DNA of 64,000 nucleotides from Desulfosudaceae bacterium (GTDB lineage Bacteria; Desulfobacterota; Desulfobacteria; Desulfobacterales; Desulfosudaceae): positions 1,536,001 to 1,600,000 of the forward strand of contig CAXXDV010000001.1 of assembly GCA_963674745.2 (NCBI GenBank), given 5' to 3'. Shown one piece after another: positions 28,362 through 38,883 of this stretch. Below the pieces are notes generated by a model. The model worked only from the letters and a program-made list of their open reading frames with translations, had not been told where the DNA came from and did no database searches. Numbering within the stretch: position 1 is the stretch's first letter; every line of letters starts with the position of its first letter. The position numbers and the translations under genes were made by a program.

Positions 28362-29195
28362 TCAGCGTTTGGTGGTCTTGTTAATACCGGCGATGGTCCG
28401 GTTCATGACCCATTCCACCACGCCGGGCACCAGCCGTTTGGCCAGTACCGACAGGCGGGCGTCAAAACCCGGAATGATCAGAAACTGTTTTTTCGCCATG
28501 CCCTTCATCAGGGCCAGGGCCACGGTTTCAGGTGCTATGGTTTTGGCGTTGGCCGAAATGGCCCTGGTCTCGGCCGGTTTGGTCACATTTTCCGCTTCCA
28601 GGCCGGGTGTGTCCGTGTCCGGCGGGCACAACACGGACACGGTTATGCCTTTTGGTTTCAATTCCGCCCGCAGAGCTTCTGAAAACCCGATCACGGCGAA
28701 TTTCGACGCACTGTAGTCGGTGTATCCGAAAACACCGATCAAGCCGGCCACCGAGGATACGTTGACGATGTAGCCCCCCGGCTGCAAATGGGGCAGGGCC
28801 GCGGCCACTGCATGCCGGGTCCCGAAAAGATTGAGTTTCATGGTGGTTTCAAACTGGCCGGCACTGATGTTCTCAAAGTAATTCGGCCGGGCCTGACCGG
28901 CACTGTTGATGAGAATGTCCGGCGGGCCGAATTCGGCGGCGGCTTTGGCAAATACGGCTTCGGTTGCAACCGGATCGGTGACGTCCAGGGATTGCCAGGC
29001 GGTTTTCGATCCGGCCTTTCCCGCTTTTTTAATTCTGTCGGTCGCCTGTTTCAGGCGGTCTTCATTCCTGGCCAGGATCATCACATTCGCGCCCGACGCG
29101 GCCACCTGCCCGGCCACGCCCAGACCGATGCCGCTTGAACCACCGGTAATGTAAACGTTTTTTCCGTCAAAAAGAGCAGAATAGTTCATCTTCAA
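28362..29195 (-). CDS. SDR oxidoreductase, 3-ketodihydrosphingosine-reductase-like subfamily
   Basis: TGGSSGIG, NSAG, YSASK, CPPDTDTPG motif reminiscent of KDSR-like SDRs. Confidence 0.8.
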   Translation of the reverse strand: MKMNYSALFDGKNVYITGGSSGIGLGVAGQVAASGANVMILARNEDRLKQATDRIKKAGKAGSKTAWQSLDVTDPVATEAVFAKAAAEFGPPDILINSAGQARPNYFENISAGQFETTMKLNLFGTRHAVAAALPHLQPGGYIVNVSSVAGLIGVFGYTDYSASKFAVIGFSEALRAELKPKGITVSVLCPPDTDTPGLEAENVTKPAETRAISANAKTIAPETVALALMKGMAKKQFLIIPGFDARLSVLAKRLVPGVVEWVMNRTIAGINKTTKR

Positions 29196-29200
29196 ACCTT

Positions 29201-30208
29201 TTATTTGCTTTTCAGCGTTTTAACATCCAGCGTCTTCAGCCAGTCCATGGTTCTTCGCATGCCCTCGGCATAGGCAACCGGCGGCCGCCAGTCCAGTTCC
29301 CGTGCGGCTTTATCAATGGAAAACCGCAGCCGGGAGCCCAGGTTTTTTACCGTATAGGTCGTCAGCAGCGGCCGGGATGTCCGCCGCGTCAGTTTCCAGA
29401 GCACTTCCATGACCACGGCCGCGGCATAAGCGGCCGCATATGGAATATGCAGCCGTGGCGGAGAAACGCCCAGGGCTTCGGCGATAACGGTGCAGAAGGC
29501 CTGCAGGGTGGTGGGCTCACCGTCATGCACCAGGTATCCGTTGCCCACGGCCCGGTCATCTTCGGCAATGCGTGTCATCAGGTCCACCAGGTTGTCGATG
29601 TAGGTCGGCCAGACCAGAACGTCGCGGCGCCAGAACATCATTTCTTTATTAAGAATGGCATCGGCCAGCGACGGGACGAAGGTCAGGTCCCCGGGGCCGA
29701 ACACCCAGCAGGGATAAACCATGGTGACCGGCAGTCCCTGTTTCCGATGATATTCCCAGGCGATTTCTTCGGCCTTCAGTTTAAAATCCGGATACGGTTC
29801 ATGCCAGGGCTTCAAAGGGCTTTCTTCGGTCAGTACAACGGATTCATCCAGGCCGAACACGTCGTTGGTGCTTATTTTTACCAGCCGCCTGACCCCGGCC
29901 GACAAGGCCGCCCGGCAGACGTTCTCGGTGCCGTCCACGGTCACTTCGGCAAACAGTTTTTTCGGCGCCCAGTCGGTGACCACGGCGGCACAATGAAAAA
30001 CAATGTCCGCTCCGGTCATGCCCCTGGCGACGGCGTCTGGGTCGCGGATATCGCCTTCAATAACCTCAACACCCTCCTGGCGCAGTGCTTCAGCTCCCGG
30101 ATCGCCGGTCAGCACCAGTGCCCGGACCCTGTTTCCCGCCGCCAGGTTCTTTTGCACCAGGTGATGGCCGATAAATCCGGTGGCACCGGTGATATAGATG
30201 GTCTTCAT
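29201..30208 (-). CDS. NAD-dependent epimerase/dehydratase (extended SDR, 3beta-HSD-like)
   Basis: ITGATGFIG, FHCAA, YPDFK (YxxxK), VFGPGD. Confidence 0.85.
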   Translation of the reverse strand: MKTIYITGATGFIGHHLVQKNLAAGNRVRALVLTGDPGAEALRQEGVEVIEGDIRDPDAVARGMTGADIVFHCAAVVTDWAPKKLFAEVTVDGTENVCRAALSAGVRRLVKISTNDVFGLDESVVLTEESPLKPWHEPYPDFKLKAEEIAWEYHRKQGLPVTMVYPCWVFGPGDLTFVPSLADAILNKEMMFWRRDVLVWPTYIDNLVDLMTRIAEDDRAVGNGYLVHDGEPTTLQAFCTVIAEALGVSPPRLHIPYAAAYAAAVVMEVLWKLTRRTSRPLLTTYTVKNLGSRLRFSIDKAARELDWRPPVAYAEGMRRTMDWLKTLDVKTLKSK

Positions 30209-30240
30209 GGGTTACCCCGCGTTGTATTTAATGAAGCCGT

Positions 30241-30483
30241 TTATGACTCCTCTTCTCCGACGGGCTCATATGAGGTCGTCAGGTATTTTTTGCCATGACT
30301 CTCAACAAAATAAACCGGCTTTTCATTCCGCAGCATGTCAGACAGAAACACCGCGTTTTCCGGCGGCGGAAACCAGCTGATGTTCTTCTTTTTCCCCTTT
30401 TCTTTGTAATTGATGACAAACCAGGGGCGCTCCTCTTTCAGGTCGTATCTGAGAATGTACGTGTCCACCATGTATGCGGCCAT
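30241..30483 (-). CDS. small hypothetical protein
   Basis: AAGGA RBS; DMLRNEKPVY...EPVGEEE. Confidence 0.7.
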   Translation of the reverse strand: MAAYMVDTYILRYDLKEERPWFVINYKEKGKKKNISWFPPPENAVFLSDMLRNEKPVYFVESHGKKYLTTSYEPVGEEES

Positions 30484-30609
30484 AGCGATTTCCTTTCATG
30501 ATTAAAGGTACTCTTTGTTGTTGGCCTACCGGCCGGTTTCCCCCTCAAACAAACGCTGGAACTTACCGCTTTCAATATGATTTAAAAGCGTCATCCGCTT
30601 ATTCCTTTT

Positions 30610-30954
30610 TCAGCATGTCAGATGAAAGCACCCGGCCACACGCGCGCCCTGTTCATGTGCGGCATTGAATGTCTCGATCGCCCGGGCGGTCGGGACGATT
30701 TCCATCTCAATTCCCATGTTTCGCAATTCATCCTGCAGATCGGCCGCCGGTTTCATCCGGCCGGAATCACCCGTCCCCACAACCAGCAGGTCCGGCGCGG
30801 CGTCCACAACTGCCTGGATATCGGCCATGGTCAACCGGTGCCCGCTTTTCCGCCACCAGGGGTGAATGATCGATCCGTCCGGCAGGATGATGACGTCCTT
30901 GCCGTAATGCCGGTCGTCGATGGTTATGGATCCGAACGTGTAATTTTGAATCAC
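30610..30954 (-). CDS. Mth938-like (DUF498) protein
   Basis: FGSITID...DVII...WWRKSGH, VVGTG, terminal FHLTC. Confidence 0.85.
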   Translation of the reverse strand: MIQNYTFGSITIDDRHYGKDVIILPDGSIIHPWWRKSGHRLTMADIQAVVDAAPDLLVVGTGDSGRMKPAADLQDELRNMGIEMEIVPTARAIETFNAAHEQGARVAGCFHLTC

Positions 30955-31493
30955 GCTGCTTCCCGTCTTAAAACAAAAAAGAACGGTTTACGCATTCCTT
31001 TAAAATCCATTACACCCAGCACCGTGTTTTCATCCACTTTCCGGAACACGTCGTTGATGGGCAGGTTGTCATAAATCATGGTTGCGCTCGACTTTCCACG
31101 GTAATCCGTCAGGCGCAGGCGGGCCCGTGAACGCCGGGTCACAAACAGGGGCATGATGAGCTGGAAGACGCGTCCGAAGAACCGGGAGTTGATAAACGGG
31201 AAAAATTTCAGCAGGCCGAGGCCCGGCATGACCAGTGTCGGGTTGAGGCTTTTTCTGCCCTTGCTCAAAGTTGAAAACACCAGGGGGTGAACATCCTCCG
31301 GGCCTTCAAACCGCTTGCCGTGCCAGTGAAAAGTCTCCAGCACGCCATCCATGGGATGGTCGGTAAGAAAACCCGACCCCTGCCAGGCGCCGAGCATAAA
31401 ATCGGTGTTGACGGGATCAAGGCTGTCGAAAATCGCCAGTGCTTCTTCGGTACTTGTCTTTCCGGCCTCAAGCGCGGTTGTAAACGAAATCAA
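30951..31493 (-). CDS. GXWXG / DUF4334-type protein
   Basis: LGAWQG, HPMDG, WHGKRF, ATMIYD.LPIND.FRKVD. Confidence 0.8.
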   Translation of the reverse strand: MISFTTALEAGKTSTEEALAIFDSLDPVNTDFMLGAWQGSGFLTDHPMDGVLETFHWHGKRFEGPEDVHPLVFSTLSKGRKSLNPTLVMPGLGLLKFFPFINSRFFGRVFQLIMPLFVTRRSRARLRLTDYRGKSSATMIYDNLPINDVFRKVDENTVLGVMDFKGMRKPFFFVLRREAA

Positions 31494-31873
31494 ATTGTCT
31501 CTCCTGAGGTTGAATGTTTAACCAGTCGGTCATATACAAATTTTACAATTTCGGGATCCATGTCCCGGCTTTTTTCATAAAACAGGTTTGCAATTCTGTC
31601 TTTTTCAAAAATACCATCCGCCAGCAATATCGGAATACCTTTTGGGCTCAAAGTACCATCTTTTTCACCATCATCGACTTCATGATGATGATAACCGCTT
31701 TTTTCCCACCATGTCAGGGCATGGGGATTTTCCGGTTTATCATAACATAATTGAAAACCGATGATGCGGTCATTTTCGTCAAACCATACCGTCAGGTCAA
31801 TCTCATGATCAAAAAACCATCGCCGCTTCGGTTCGTTCTCGTAGCTTTTAACCTTTTCTATTTCGTATAGCAT
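31490..31873 (-). CDS. hypothetical protein
   Basis: RRWF...DLTVW...IGFQLCYDK...HALTW; overlaps the next gene's start; AT-richer. Confidence 0.7.
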   Translation of the reverse strand: MLYEIEKVKSYENEPKRRWFFDHEIDLTVWFDENDRIIGFQLCYDKPENPHALTWWEKSGYHHHEVDDGEKDGTLSPKGIPILLADGIFEKDRIANLFYEKSRDMDPEIVKFVYDRLVKHSTSGETI

Positions 31874-32113
31874 GGTTCATCCCTGAAAGCATTTAACTTG
31901 TTCGTTAACTATGTTATCAGACGGAATTCTACGGTGCACTCCCCATTCGTATGATTACCCATACCGTTCTTTAATTACAAGCGATTTGCACCAAAATCAA
32001 CTGTGATGGGTAAGGAATGATAATTCGGGTTTTACTTTTCCGGACGGGGTGAATAAATACCGGCCGGCTGTTTCGGGGTAAAAACAGCCGGCCGGCAGAG
32101 GGGGCGGGACTTT

Positions 32114-34297
32114 TTACAGGGACAACACCCGCTCAAGATCGGTCGTGTTGCTGACCGGGGGGTGGCAGGTGCGGCCGGAACAGGCAAATGCGGCAGGCTT
32201 GCTGTCGCCGGGGACATATTCAAGAATATCGGGTATGTGTGGCTCCAGGAGGTCGACGGTGGCCGGGTTGTCAATGAGCAGAATATCGACATTTGCAGGT
32301 GCAGCCTGCCGGGCTGTTTTGATCAGCGCGCGGGTGGCCGGGTCGTGTGGCTCTCCGAAAATGGCAATCCGGCTGTGTCCGGTGAGATATTGGCCCAGAG
32401 CGGCCATCATCAGGGGCGCACTTGTGGGGTGCTTTTTCAAATCGCTTCGTGCGTTGGTCAGCAGGCTTATTGCGGCCTGCCCATACCGGCTTTTTCCGGT
32501 CAGGGCGGACAGGCGCTGAAAAACCTTGGCCGCGGTTGATGTAACCGAGGGCAGAACATTGTCATGATCGTCAGCGGGCCGGAAAAGCAGGTGTCGGTCA
32601 TGGTTGGCTGAAACGGCAAAACAGGTGCCGGTGGCTTGATCATAAAAACGGTCGTAAAATGATTCTGCCAGCTTCAGGGCCCAGGAAAGATGGGCCGGAT
32701 CAAAATCGGTCTGGTAAAGATCGAGCAGGCCTTGAATCAAAAAGATATAATCTTCAGCCAGGCCGTCTATGCCGCTGTGACCGTCCCTCCAGCGCCGTTT
32801 CAAAAGACGTCGGCTCTCAGGGTCATACAGGTTGTTCTGGATAAAGCAGGCTGTTTTTTTGGCGGCATCCAGAAAGGCCCGGTTTTTCAAATACAAAAAG
32901 CCTTTGGAAAGGGCGGTCAGGGCCAGACCGTTCCAGGCGGTCAGAATTTTGTCATCCAGATGGGGTCGGGGTCGTCTCAACCGTTCCTGGAACATGATAT
33001 TCCGGCTGCGTGAGAGGATTTTGCGCACCTCTTCTTCGGAAAGGTTGAAATGTTCTGCGGTTTCTGCAGTTGAATGCGCCTTATAAAGGACGTTGGTTTC
33101 AACAAATTCACCAAAAGGATCGTGGCCGACATTGCCTTCCGGCCGCATGTCATAATAATATTTAACGATTTCAAAGTTTTCTGACGACAGCAGGGCACGC
33201 ACCGTTTCCGTTCGCCAGCCGTAAAAAGCGCCTTCCAGCTTGTTGCCGGTACCATCCGCGACCGGATAGCTGTCGGCGTCTTCAGCCGAGAAAAAACCGC
33301 CATCTTCGTTCATCAGGTCCCGGGTCATGTAAGTTAGAATTTCGGTGGCCACTTCGGCCGGCCAGGGTTCGTCGATCAGTGGTATGGCGTCAAGGTAAAC
33401 CGAAGCAAGCTGGGCATTGTCATAGAGCATTTTTTCAAAATGGGGCAGGTGCCACTTGTCATCGGTGGCATAGCGGTGAAATCCACCGCCGATATGGTCG
33501 AAAATGCCGCCTGCGGCCATTGACTTTAAAGTGTGTGCGGTCATATCCAGAGCGATCTTTCCTTGTCGGGGATCAATCATCTCAGCCGGGCCCAGGCGGG
33601 CCGCCTCGAGCAGAAAGGCCAGGGTGGGCGGCATGGGAAACTTGGGTGCCGGGCTGAATCCGCCGTTAGTTTTGTCATAATTAGCGGATAATACCTTTAC
33701 GGCATTTTCAATCAGATGCCTGTCATCTGTCTCATCCGTGTTCTGTCCGGTTGCCACCCGGCTGGAAAGGTGCTGTTTTAACACATCGTTCATGGCTTCG
33801 GCCGATGATAATATTTTTTCCTTTGTTTCCGGGGTGTTCCAGGCCTGTTCCACATGCAGCACAACATCTGTCCAGGACGGCATTCCGGGGCGTCCGACCG
33901 GCGGGAAATAGGTACCCCCAAAAAACGGGCGTCCGTCAGGGGTTAAAAAAACGTTCAGGGGCCAGCCGGCCGACCCGTTCAAAGCCGATACGGCGGTGAT
34001 GTAAATTTGGTCCAGGTCCGGCCGCTCTTCACGATCCAGCTTTATATTGATAAAAGCACGGTTCATGATCTCGGCCACGGCCGGATCGGAAAACGACTCA
34101 TCGGCCATGACATGGCACCAGTGGCAGGTGGAGTAGCCGATGGACAGAAGAACCGGTTTGTTCTCGGCAGCGGCCCTGGAAAGGGCTTCCTCTCCCCAGG
34201 CCTGCCAGTCAACCGGGTTGTGGGCATGCTGAAGCAGGTAAGGGCTTTTTTCGTTGATGAGTTTGTTCGTATATTTAATGGTGTCGGTCGTATTCAT
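32114..34297 (-). CDS. thioredoxin-domain/DUF255 protein (YyaL/SPATA20 family)
   Basis: [55 protein letters not shown]. Confidence 0.92.
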   Translation of the reverse strand: MNTTDTIKYTNKLINEKSPYLLQHAHNPVDWQAWGEEALSRAAAENKPVLLSIGYSTCHWCHVMADESFSDPAVAEIMNRAFINIKLDREERPDLDQIYITAVSALNGSAGWPLNVFLTPDGRPFFGGTYFPPVGRPGMPSWTDVVLHVEQAWNTPETKEKILSSAEAMNDVLKQHLSSRVATGQNTDETDDRHLIENAVKVLSANYDKTNGGFSPAPKFPMPPTLAFLLEAARLGPAEMIDPRQGKIALDMTAHTLKSMAAGGIFDHIGGGFHRYATDDKWHLPHFEKMLYDNAQLASVYLDAIPLIDEPWPAEVATEILTYMTRDLMNEDGGFFSAEDADSYPVADGTGNKLEGAFYGWRTETVRALLSSENFEIVKYYYDMRPEGNVGHDPFGEFVETNVLYKAHSTAETAEHFNLSEEEVRKILSRSRNIMFQERLRRPRPHLDDKILTAWNGLALTALSKGFLYLKNRAFLDAAKKTACFIQNNLYDPESRRLLKRRWRDGHSGIDGLAEDYIFLIQGLLDLYQTDFDPAHLSWALKLAESFYDRFYDQATGTCFAVSANHDRHLLFRPADDHDNVLPSVTSTAAKVFQRLSALTGKSRYGQAAISLLTNARSDLKKHPTSAPLMMAALGQYLTGHSRIAIFGEPHDPATRALIKTARQAAPANVDILLIDNPATVDLLEPHIPDILEYVPGDSKPAAFACSGRTCHPPVSNTTDLERVLSL

Positions 34298-34340
34298 AAG
34301 GCCACCTCCGGGATGGCTTGTTTGTCGTTTTTCGGGGTGT

Positions 34341-34376
34341 TCGGAATCGGTATCGGACTACCGATACCGATTCCGA
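34341..34376. repeat. perfect hairpin built from inverted hexamer repeats
   Basis: TCGGAATCGGTATCGG-ACTA-CCGATACCGATTCCGA, a 16-bp perfect stem. Confidence 0.75.
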
Positions 34377-34718
34377 CCCTGATTATTGTTAAACACTCAA
34401 CCAACTGCATTTTCGATCCCATTCCTTGCTCAAGGGAATGATTCCGCAATCAGATAATTAAAAAGCAAAAATGGTGCCACAACCAATCCGGAGGCTTAAA
34501 AAACATTCGATCAGCCTGTTTCATGATGCTTTGGGGTTAATCGCTCAATACGAGCTGTTCTGTGTGACATATGTGTATCGTTGTTTTGTGATACAGTGGC
34601 GCTGTAATGATCAAAAAAATGAGACAGGCGGCGTGGACAAAACAATAATGATGGTTATATTTTTATTTAAATCAAATATATAATAAATCATATCATTTTG
34701 GAATGAAATATAAATATA

Positions 34719-34734
34719 TGGCACAGAAATTGTA
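34719..34734 (+). promoter_or_regulatory. sigma54 (-24/-12) promoter of cooS
   Basis: TGGCACAGAAATTGTA about 75 bp before the ATG; AT-rich tract and TGTATC-N10-GATACA palindrome (34574-34595) upstream. Confidence 0.7.
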
Positions 34735-34807
34735 ACGAAGAAAACATGCTACTCATAAAACGTATCTGTTAATTTCATGAGAAAACCACCTATTTTAAGG
34801 AGGCGAA

Positions 34808-36778
34808 ATGTCAGAAAATAAAAAACCTGAAAAGGATAAAAACTTACTTGCTGCGCGCGATGTCACTAGTTGTGAAGCTACAGCGCAAATGCTTGAAAAA
34901 GCAAGAAGAGACGGGGTCGTCCTGGCTTTTGACCGGGCTGCCGCCATGAAGGCCTGTCCTATTGGAGCGGACTCGGCCTGCTGCAAGCACTGCTCAATGG
35001 GACCCTGTCGGCTCAATGCCAAAGATCCTTACGGCAAAGTCGGCGTTTGCGGCGCCACCATCGATACTATTATGGCCCGTAATTTTGCCCGTATGGTCGC
35101 TTCCGGCGCGGCGGCGCATACCGATCATGGTATGGCCATGCTGGATCTGTTCCGGGAAGTGGTCAACGGCAATATTACCGATTATGAAATCAAGGACACC
35201 CAAAAACTCGAGGAAGTGGCCAAGTCAATCAACATTGAGGTTGAAGGCCGCAGCGTCAAAGATATCGCTCTGGATGTTTACAGTGAACTGGAGCGGACCT
35301 ATACCCAGGTCGAAGGCGAAATCCCCTTTGTCTCCCGGGTGCCGGAAGCAACCCTGGAAACCTGGCGAAAACTGGGCATCGTGCCCCGGGGCGCCATGCG
35401 TGAAATCATGGAGTTGATGCACCGCACGCACATGGGTGTTGATCAGCATTATGAAAACATCACCAAACAGTGCAGCCGCACGGCCCTGTCCGACGGCTGG
35501 GGCGGATCAATGGTGGCCACCGATATTTCTGATATTCTTTACGGAACCCCCACGCCGGTGCAGGCCGATGTGAACATGGGTGTCCTCAAGGAGCACCAGG
35601 TCAATATTATTATTCATGGACATGAACCCAACCTGTTTGAATCCATGCTGGAATCGGTCAATTCCCCGGTACTGATCGAGGCGGCAAAAAACGCCGGCGC
35701 CGAAGGCATTAACCTGGTGGGCATGTGCTGTTCCGGGGCGGAAATGATGTCCCGTCACGGTATTCCCCATGCCGGTAACTTTACCTCTACCGAAGCGGTC
35801 CTGGTCACCGGCGCCGTGGACGCCATGGGTGTGGACATTCAGTGCATCAAGCAGGGGCTGGTCGAAGTGGCCAGGTGTTACGATACGGAATTGTTCACCA
35901 CCAATCCCCGGTGTCACATCGAAGGGGCCGTACACATTGAATTTAACGATCATCATCCCCTGGATTGTACCGACGAGATCGTCATCAAGGCCATCAGCCG
36001 GTTTAAAAACCGCAAGCACCCAATTGAAATTCCCAAGATTACCAACCCCGGTATTCACGGCTTTTCTTATGAATACATCAACTACATGCTGGGCGGATCA
36101 TTCCGTTCGACCTACACGCCTTTGAACGATAATATTATTAATGGCCGAATCCGGGGCGTGGCCGGTGTCGTGGGGTGTACCAACCCGCGGGTGAAACAGG
36201 ACTATGTTCACGTCGAACTGGTCAAGGAGCTGATCAAGAACGACGTGCTGGTGCTCCAGACCGGGTGCTCCCAGATTGCTCTGGCCAAGGCCGGGATGAT
36301 GACGCCCGAAGCCGGTGCTCTGGCCGGCCCGGGCCTGAGCGAAGTCTGCGAAACCGTTGGTATGCCGCCGGTGCTGGGCTTCGGTTCCTGCGTGGATAAC
36401 AGCCGGATCCTGATGGCTGCATCCGAGATGGTAAAGACCGGCGGGCTGGGCAACAGCATTGCGGATCTGCCGGTGGCCGGCGCGGCACCGGAATGGATGA
36501 GTGAAAAAGCCATCTCCATTGGTCACTACTTCGTCGCCTCCGGTGTTTACACCGTCTTCGGCGTAACGTTTCCGATTACGGAAAACACCCGCTTCCACGA
36601 TCTGCTGTTCAACGGGCTGGAGAAAACCGGCCTGGGCAAATGGGGATTTTCCCCTGACCCTAAAGAAATGGCGAAAATGATGATTGCACATATTGACAAG
36701 AAACGGAAAGCGCTGGGCATAGACAAGGCCCGGGAACGTGTCCTGGTAGATATGCAGGACCGCCGGGCGCTTGATTAG
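34808..36778 (+). CDS. cooS: anaerobic Ni,Fe carbon-monoxide dehydrogenase catalytic subunit
   Basis: CPIG..SACCKHCSMGPC...GVCGA (D/B clusters); HTDH; C-cluster ligands GHEP, GMCCS, DIQC, GCTN, TGCS, GSCVD; EWMSEKA. Confidence 0.96.
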   Translation: MSENKKPEKDKNLLAARDVTSCEATAQMLEKARRDGVVLAFDRAAAMKACPIGADSACCKHCSMGPCRLNAKDPYGKVGVCGATIDTIMARNFARMVASGAAAHTDHGMAMLDLFREVVNGNITDYEIKDTQKLEEVAKSINIEVEGRSVKDIALDVYSELERTYTQVEGEIPFVSRVPEATLETWRKLGIVPRGAMREIMELMHRTHMGVDQHYENITKQCSRTALSDGWGGSMVATDISDILYGTPTPVQADVNMGVLKEHQVNIIIHGHEPNLFESMLESVNSPVLIEAAKNAGAEGINLVGMCCSGAEMMSRHGIPHAGNFTSTEAVLVTGAVDAMGVDIQCIKQGLVEVARCYDTELFTTNPRCHIEGAVHIEFNDHHPLDCTDEIVIKAISRFKNRKHPIEIPKITNPGIHGFSYEYINYMLGGSFRSTYTPLNDNIINGRIRGVAGVVGCTNPRVKQDYVHVELVKELIKNDVLVLQTGCSQIALAKAGMMTPEAGALAGPGLSEVCETVGMPPVLGFGSCVDNSRILMAASEMVKTGGLGNSIADLPVAGAAPEWMSEKAISIGHYFVASGVYTVFGVTFPITENTRFHDLLFNGLEKTGLGKWGFSPDPKEMAKMMIAHIDKKRKALGIDKARERVLVDMQDRRALD

Positions 36779-36815
36779 TCCTGACATATCTGACACCCCC
36801 TCCCCGCTCTTTCCG

Positions 36816-36877
36816 GAGTAAGGCGGCGATCCTTCCCCCTCCTCCCCCGACGCCGCCTTACTCATTTCTCTTTTTTT
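36816..36877 (+). terminator. probable terminator after cooS
   Basis: GAGTAAGGCGGCG...CGCCGCCTTACTC stem followed by a T-rich tract. Confidence 0.55.
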
Positions 36878-36881
36878 AACA

Positions 36882-36950
36882 GTAGGGGCGACCCGCCGGT
36901 CGCCCCCAGGTTCGTGGCATCCAGGTGTAGGGGCGACCGGCGGGTCGCCC
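36882..36950. repeat. two GTAG-type REP units in tandem
   Basis: GTAGGGGCGACCCGCCGGTCGCCC and GTAGGGGCGACCGGCGGGTCGCCC. Confidence 0.8.
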
Positions 36951-37110
36951 TTTTATGCTGGTTGCCGAATTCTGACACAGGCTTTAAAGCCCTTCGCTGC
37001 TTCACCGGTTTTCGCCTTGACCAAGTTCCGGGGTTTCCATATCATAAGAAGGTTGAAAAACTTATGAAACATCAGGTTTAAAGACGAATCTCAAAAAATC
37101 GGGGGTAGCC

Positions 37111-38883
37111 ATGCAACTGGACATTATTCTTGAAAACGCACTCATTGTTGATGGTTCCGGCGGCAGCCCCTATCAGGCGGATGTCGGTTTACAGGGCCGT
37201 TTTATTGTGGCCGTTGGTGACTTGAGCAAAAGTGATGCCGCACAACGCCGGGATGTGACCGGGCGGGTGGTCTGCCCGGGATTTATCGATGTCCATTCCC
37301 ATGCGGACCTGGCGTTTTTCAGGCCGGATCACGACGATATGCTGACCCCCCTGGTGGAGCAGGGTATCACCACTTTTGTCGGTGGCAACTGCGGTATGGC
37401 CCTGGCCCCGATCACCCGTGACAACCGGGAGGGCATTAAAACCTACCTGGAAGTGTTCACGCAGATGGATTTTGATCGGGATATCAAGTGGTCCACAATG
37501 GGGTCCTATATGGACCACATGGACACAAAAGGACTGTTGCTGAATTCCGCCCAGCTGACGCCCCACGGCGTCATGCGCATTTCCGCCCTGGGGTTGTCCG
37601 ACAAGCCGGCCGATGATAAAGCCATCGCCCTGATGCAGAAACTTCTGGAAGAAAGTCTTGAAGCCGGGGCCTTTGGATTGTCTACCGGCCTGCAATACGC
37701 CCCGGGCCTGCATTCCGACACCCGGGAGCTGTCAATGATATCCAAACCGTTGACTGATTATGACGCCGTATTTACCAGCCATTTGCGTTCCTATACCAGC
37801 AACTGTATGGACAATGCCATTGATGAAGTGGCCCGCGTGGCCGCTGACAACAATATCCGGGGGCAGATTTCCCATATCTTCTCAGTCCCCTGGACAGGTC
37901 CGCTGCTGCACCCCCTGGCGCTGAAAGTGATCAAATGGCTGGCCCGTCATGGAGAGAGCGCGGTTAAATGGATTCCGGATTCTTTGCTGGATATGGAGAT
38001 GAACCGCATTCTGGAAAAAGTGGCCCGGGTCAGGCAGAGCGGTGTCGGTATGGGCATGGATATTATGCCCACCACAACCGGCTTTACCCATCTGCTGGCC
38101 TTTTTCCCGCCCTGGTCGTTGACCGGCGACCGGCAGGCGGTCCTGGAACGCCTGCAGGACAGGCAGACCCGCCGGGAGATACGGAAGGATATCGAGCAGG
38201 GGCGGCCCATCTGGCCGCACCGGGAAAAAAACACCTGGTCTTTGAATCTCATCCGGCAGATGGGCTGGGACGCCCTGATTGTCATGGCCGTCAACAGCGA
38301 CAAGAACAAGCCGCTGGAAGGCCGGCGGTTCACCGACATAGCCGAAGAACAGAACAAGCACCCCTTTGATGTCATGTGCGACCTGCTGCTGGAAGAGGAC
38401 GGACAGGTCCTGGCCTTTGAAACCATGAGCGATCCGGACGATGTGTTTACGGAGCGATACACCTTTCCGGGTATCAAGGACCCGGATACAATGATATCCA
38501 CCGATACCATCCTGCTGGGCATGGGCCGGCCGTCATATCTCTTTTACGGCTGTTATCCGAAATTCATCAACCGTTATGTTTATCAGAAGAACCTGCTTGA
38601 TCTGCCTGCGGCCATTGCCAAGTGCACAGCGATCCCGGCCGACCATTTCGGCATCAAGTATCGGGGACGGATTAAAGAAGGTTTTTTTGCCGATCTGCTG
38701 GTGATCGACGCGGAAAACTTCAGGACCCGGGCGAATTTTGTCGATCCCTGTCATGGCGCCGAAGGCCTGGACATGGTTTTCATTAACGGCTGCCAGGTAG
38801 TCTCAAACGGTAAGCGGATCAATAAAGACCTGCCCGGAAAAATGCTGCGCAAAAACAATCAACCCGCCCCGGAAGTCCAGTAA
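37111..38883 (+). CDS. N-acyl-D-amino-acid deacylase family amidohydrolase
   Basis: VCPGFIDVHSHAD, QGITT..GGNCG, GAFGLSTGL.Y.PG, SHLR, RGRIKEGFFADL. Confidence 0.88.
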   Translation: MQLDIILENALIVDGSGGSPYQADVGLQGRFIVAVGDLSKSDAAQRRDVTGRVVCPGFIDVHSHADLAFFRPDHDDMLTPLVEQGITTFVGGNCGMALAPITRDNREGIKTYLEVFTQMDFDRDIKWSTMGSYMDHMDTKGLLLNSAQLTPHGVMRISALGLSDKPADDKAIALMQKLLEESLEAGAFGLSTGLQYAPGLHSDTRELSMISKPLTDYDAVFTSHLRSYTSNCMDNAIDEVARVAADNNIRGQISHIFSVPWTGPLLHPLALKVIKWLARHGESAVKWIPDSLLDMEMNRILEKVARVRQSGVGMGMDIMPTTTGFTHLLAFFPPWSLTGDRQAVLERLQDRQTRREIRKDIEQGRPIWPHREKNTWSLNLIRQMGWDALIVMAVNSDKNKPLEGRRFTDIAEEQNKHPFDVMCDLLLEEDGQVLAFETMSDPDDVFTERYTFPGIKDPDTMISTDTILLGMGRPSYLFYGCYPKFINRYVYQKNLLDLPAAIAKCTAIPADHFGIKYRGRIKEGFFADLLVIDAENFRTRANFVDPCHGAEGLDMVFINGCQVVSNGKRINKDLPGKMLRKNNQPAPEVQ

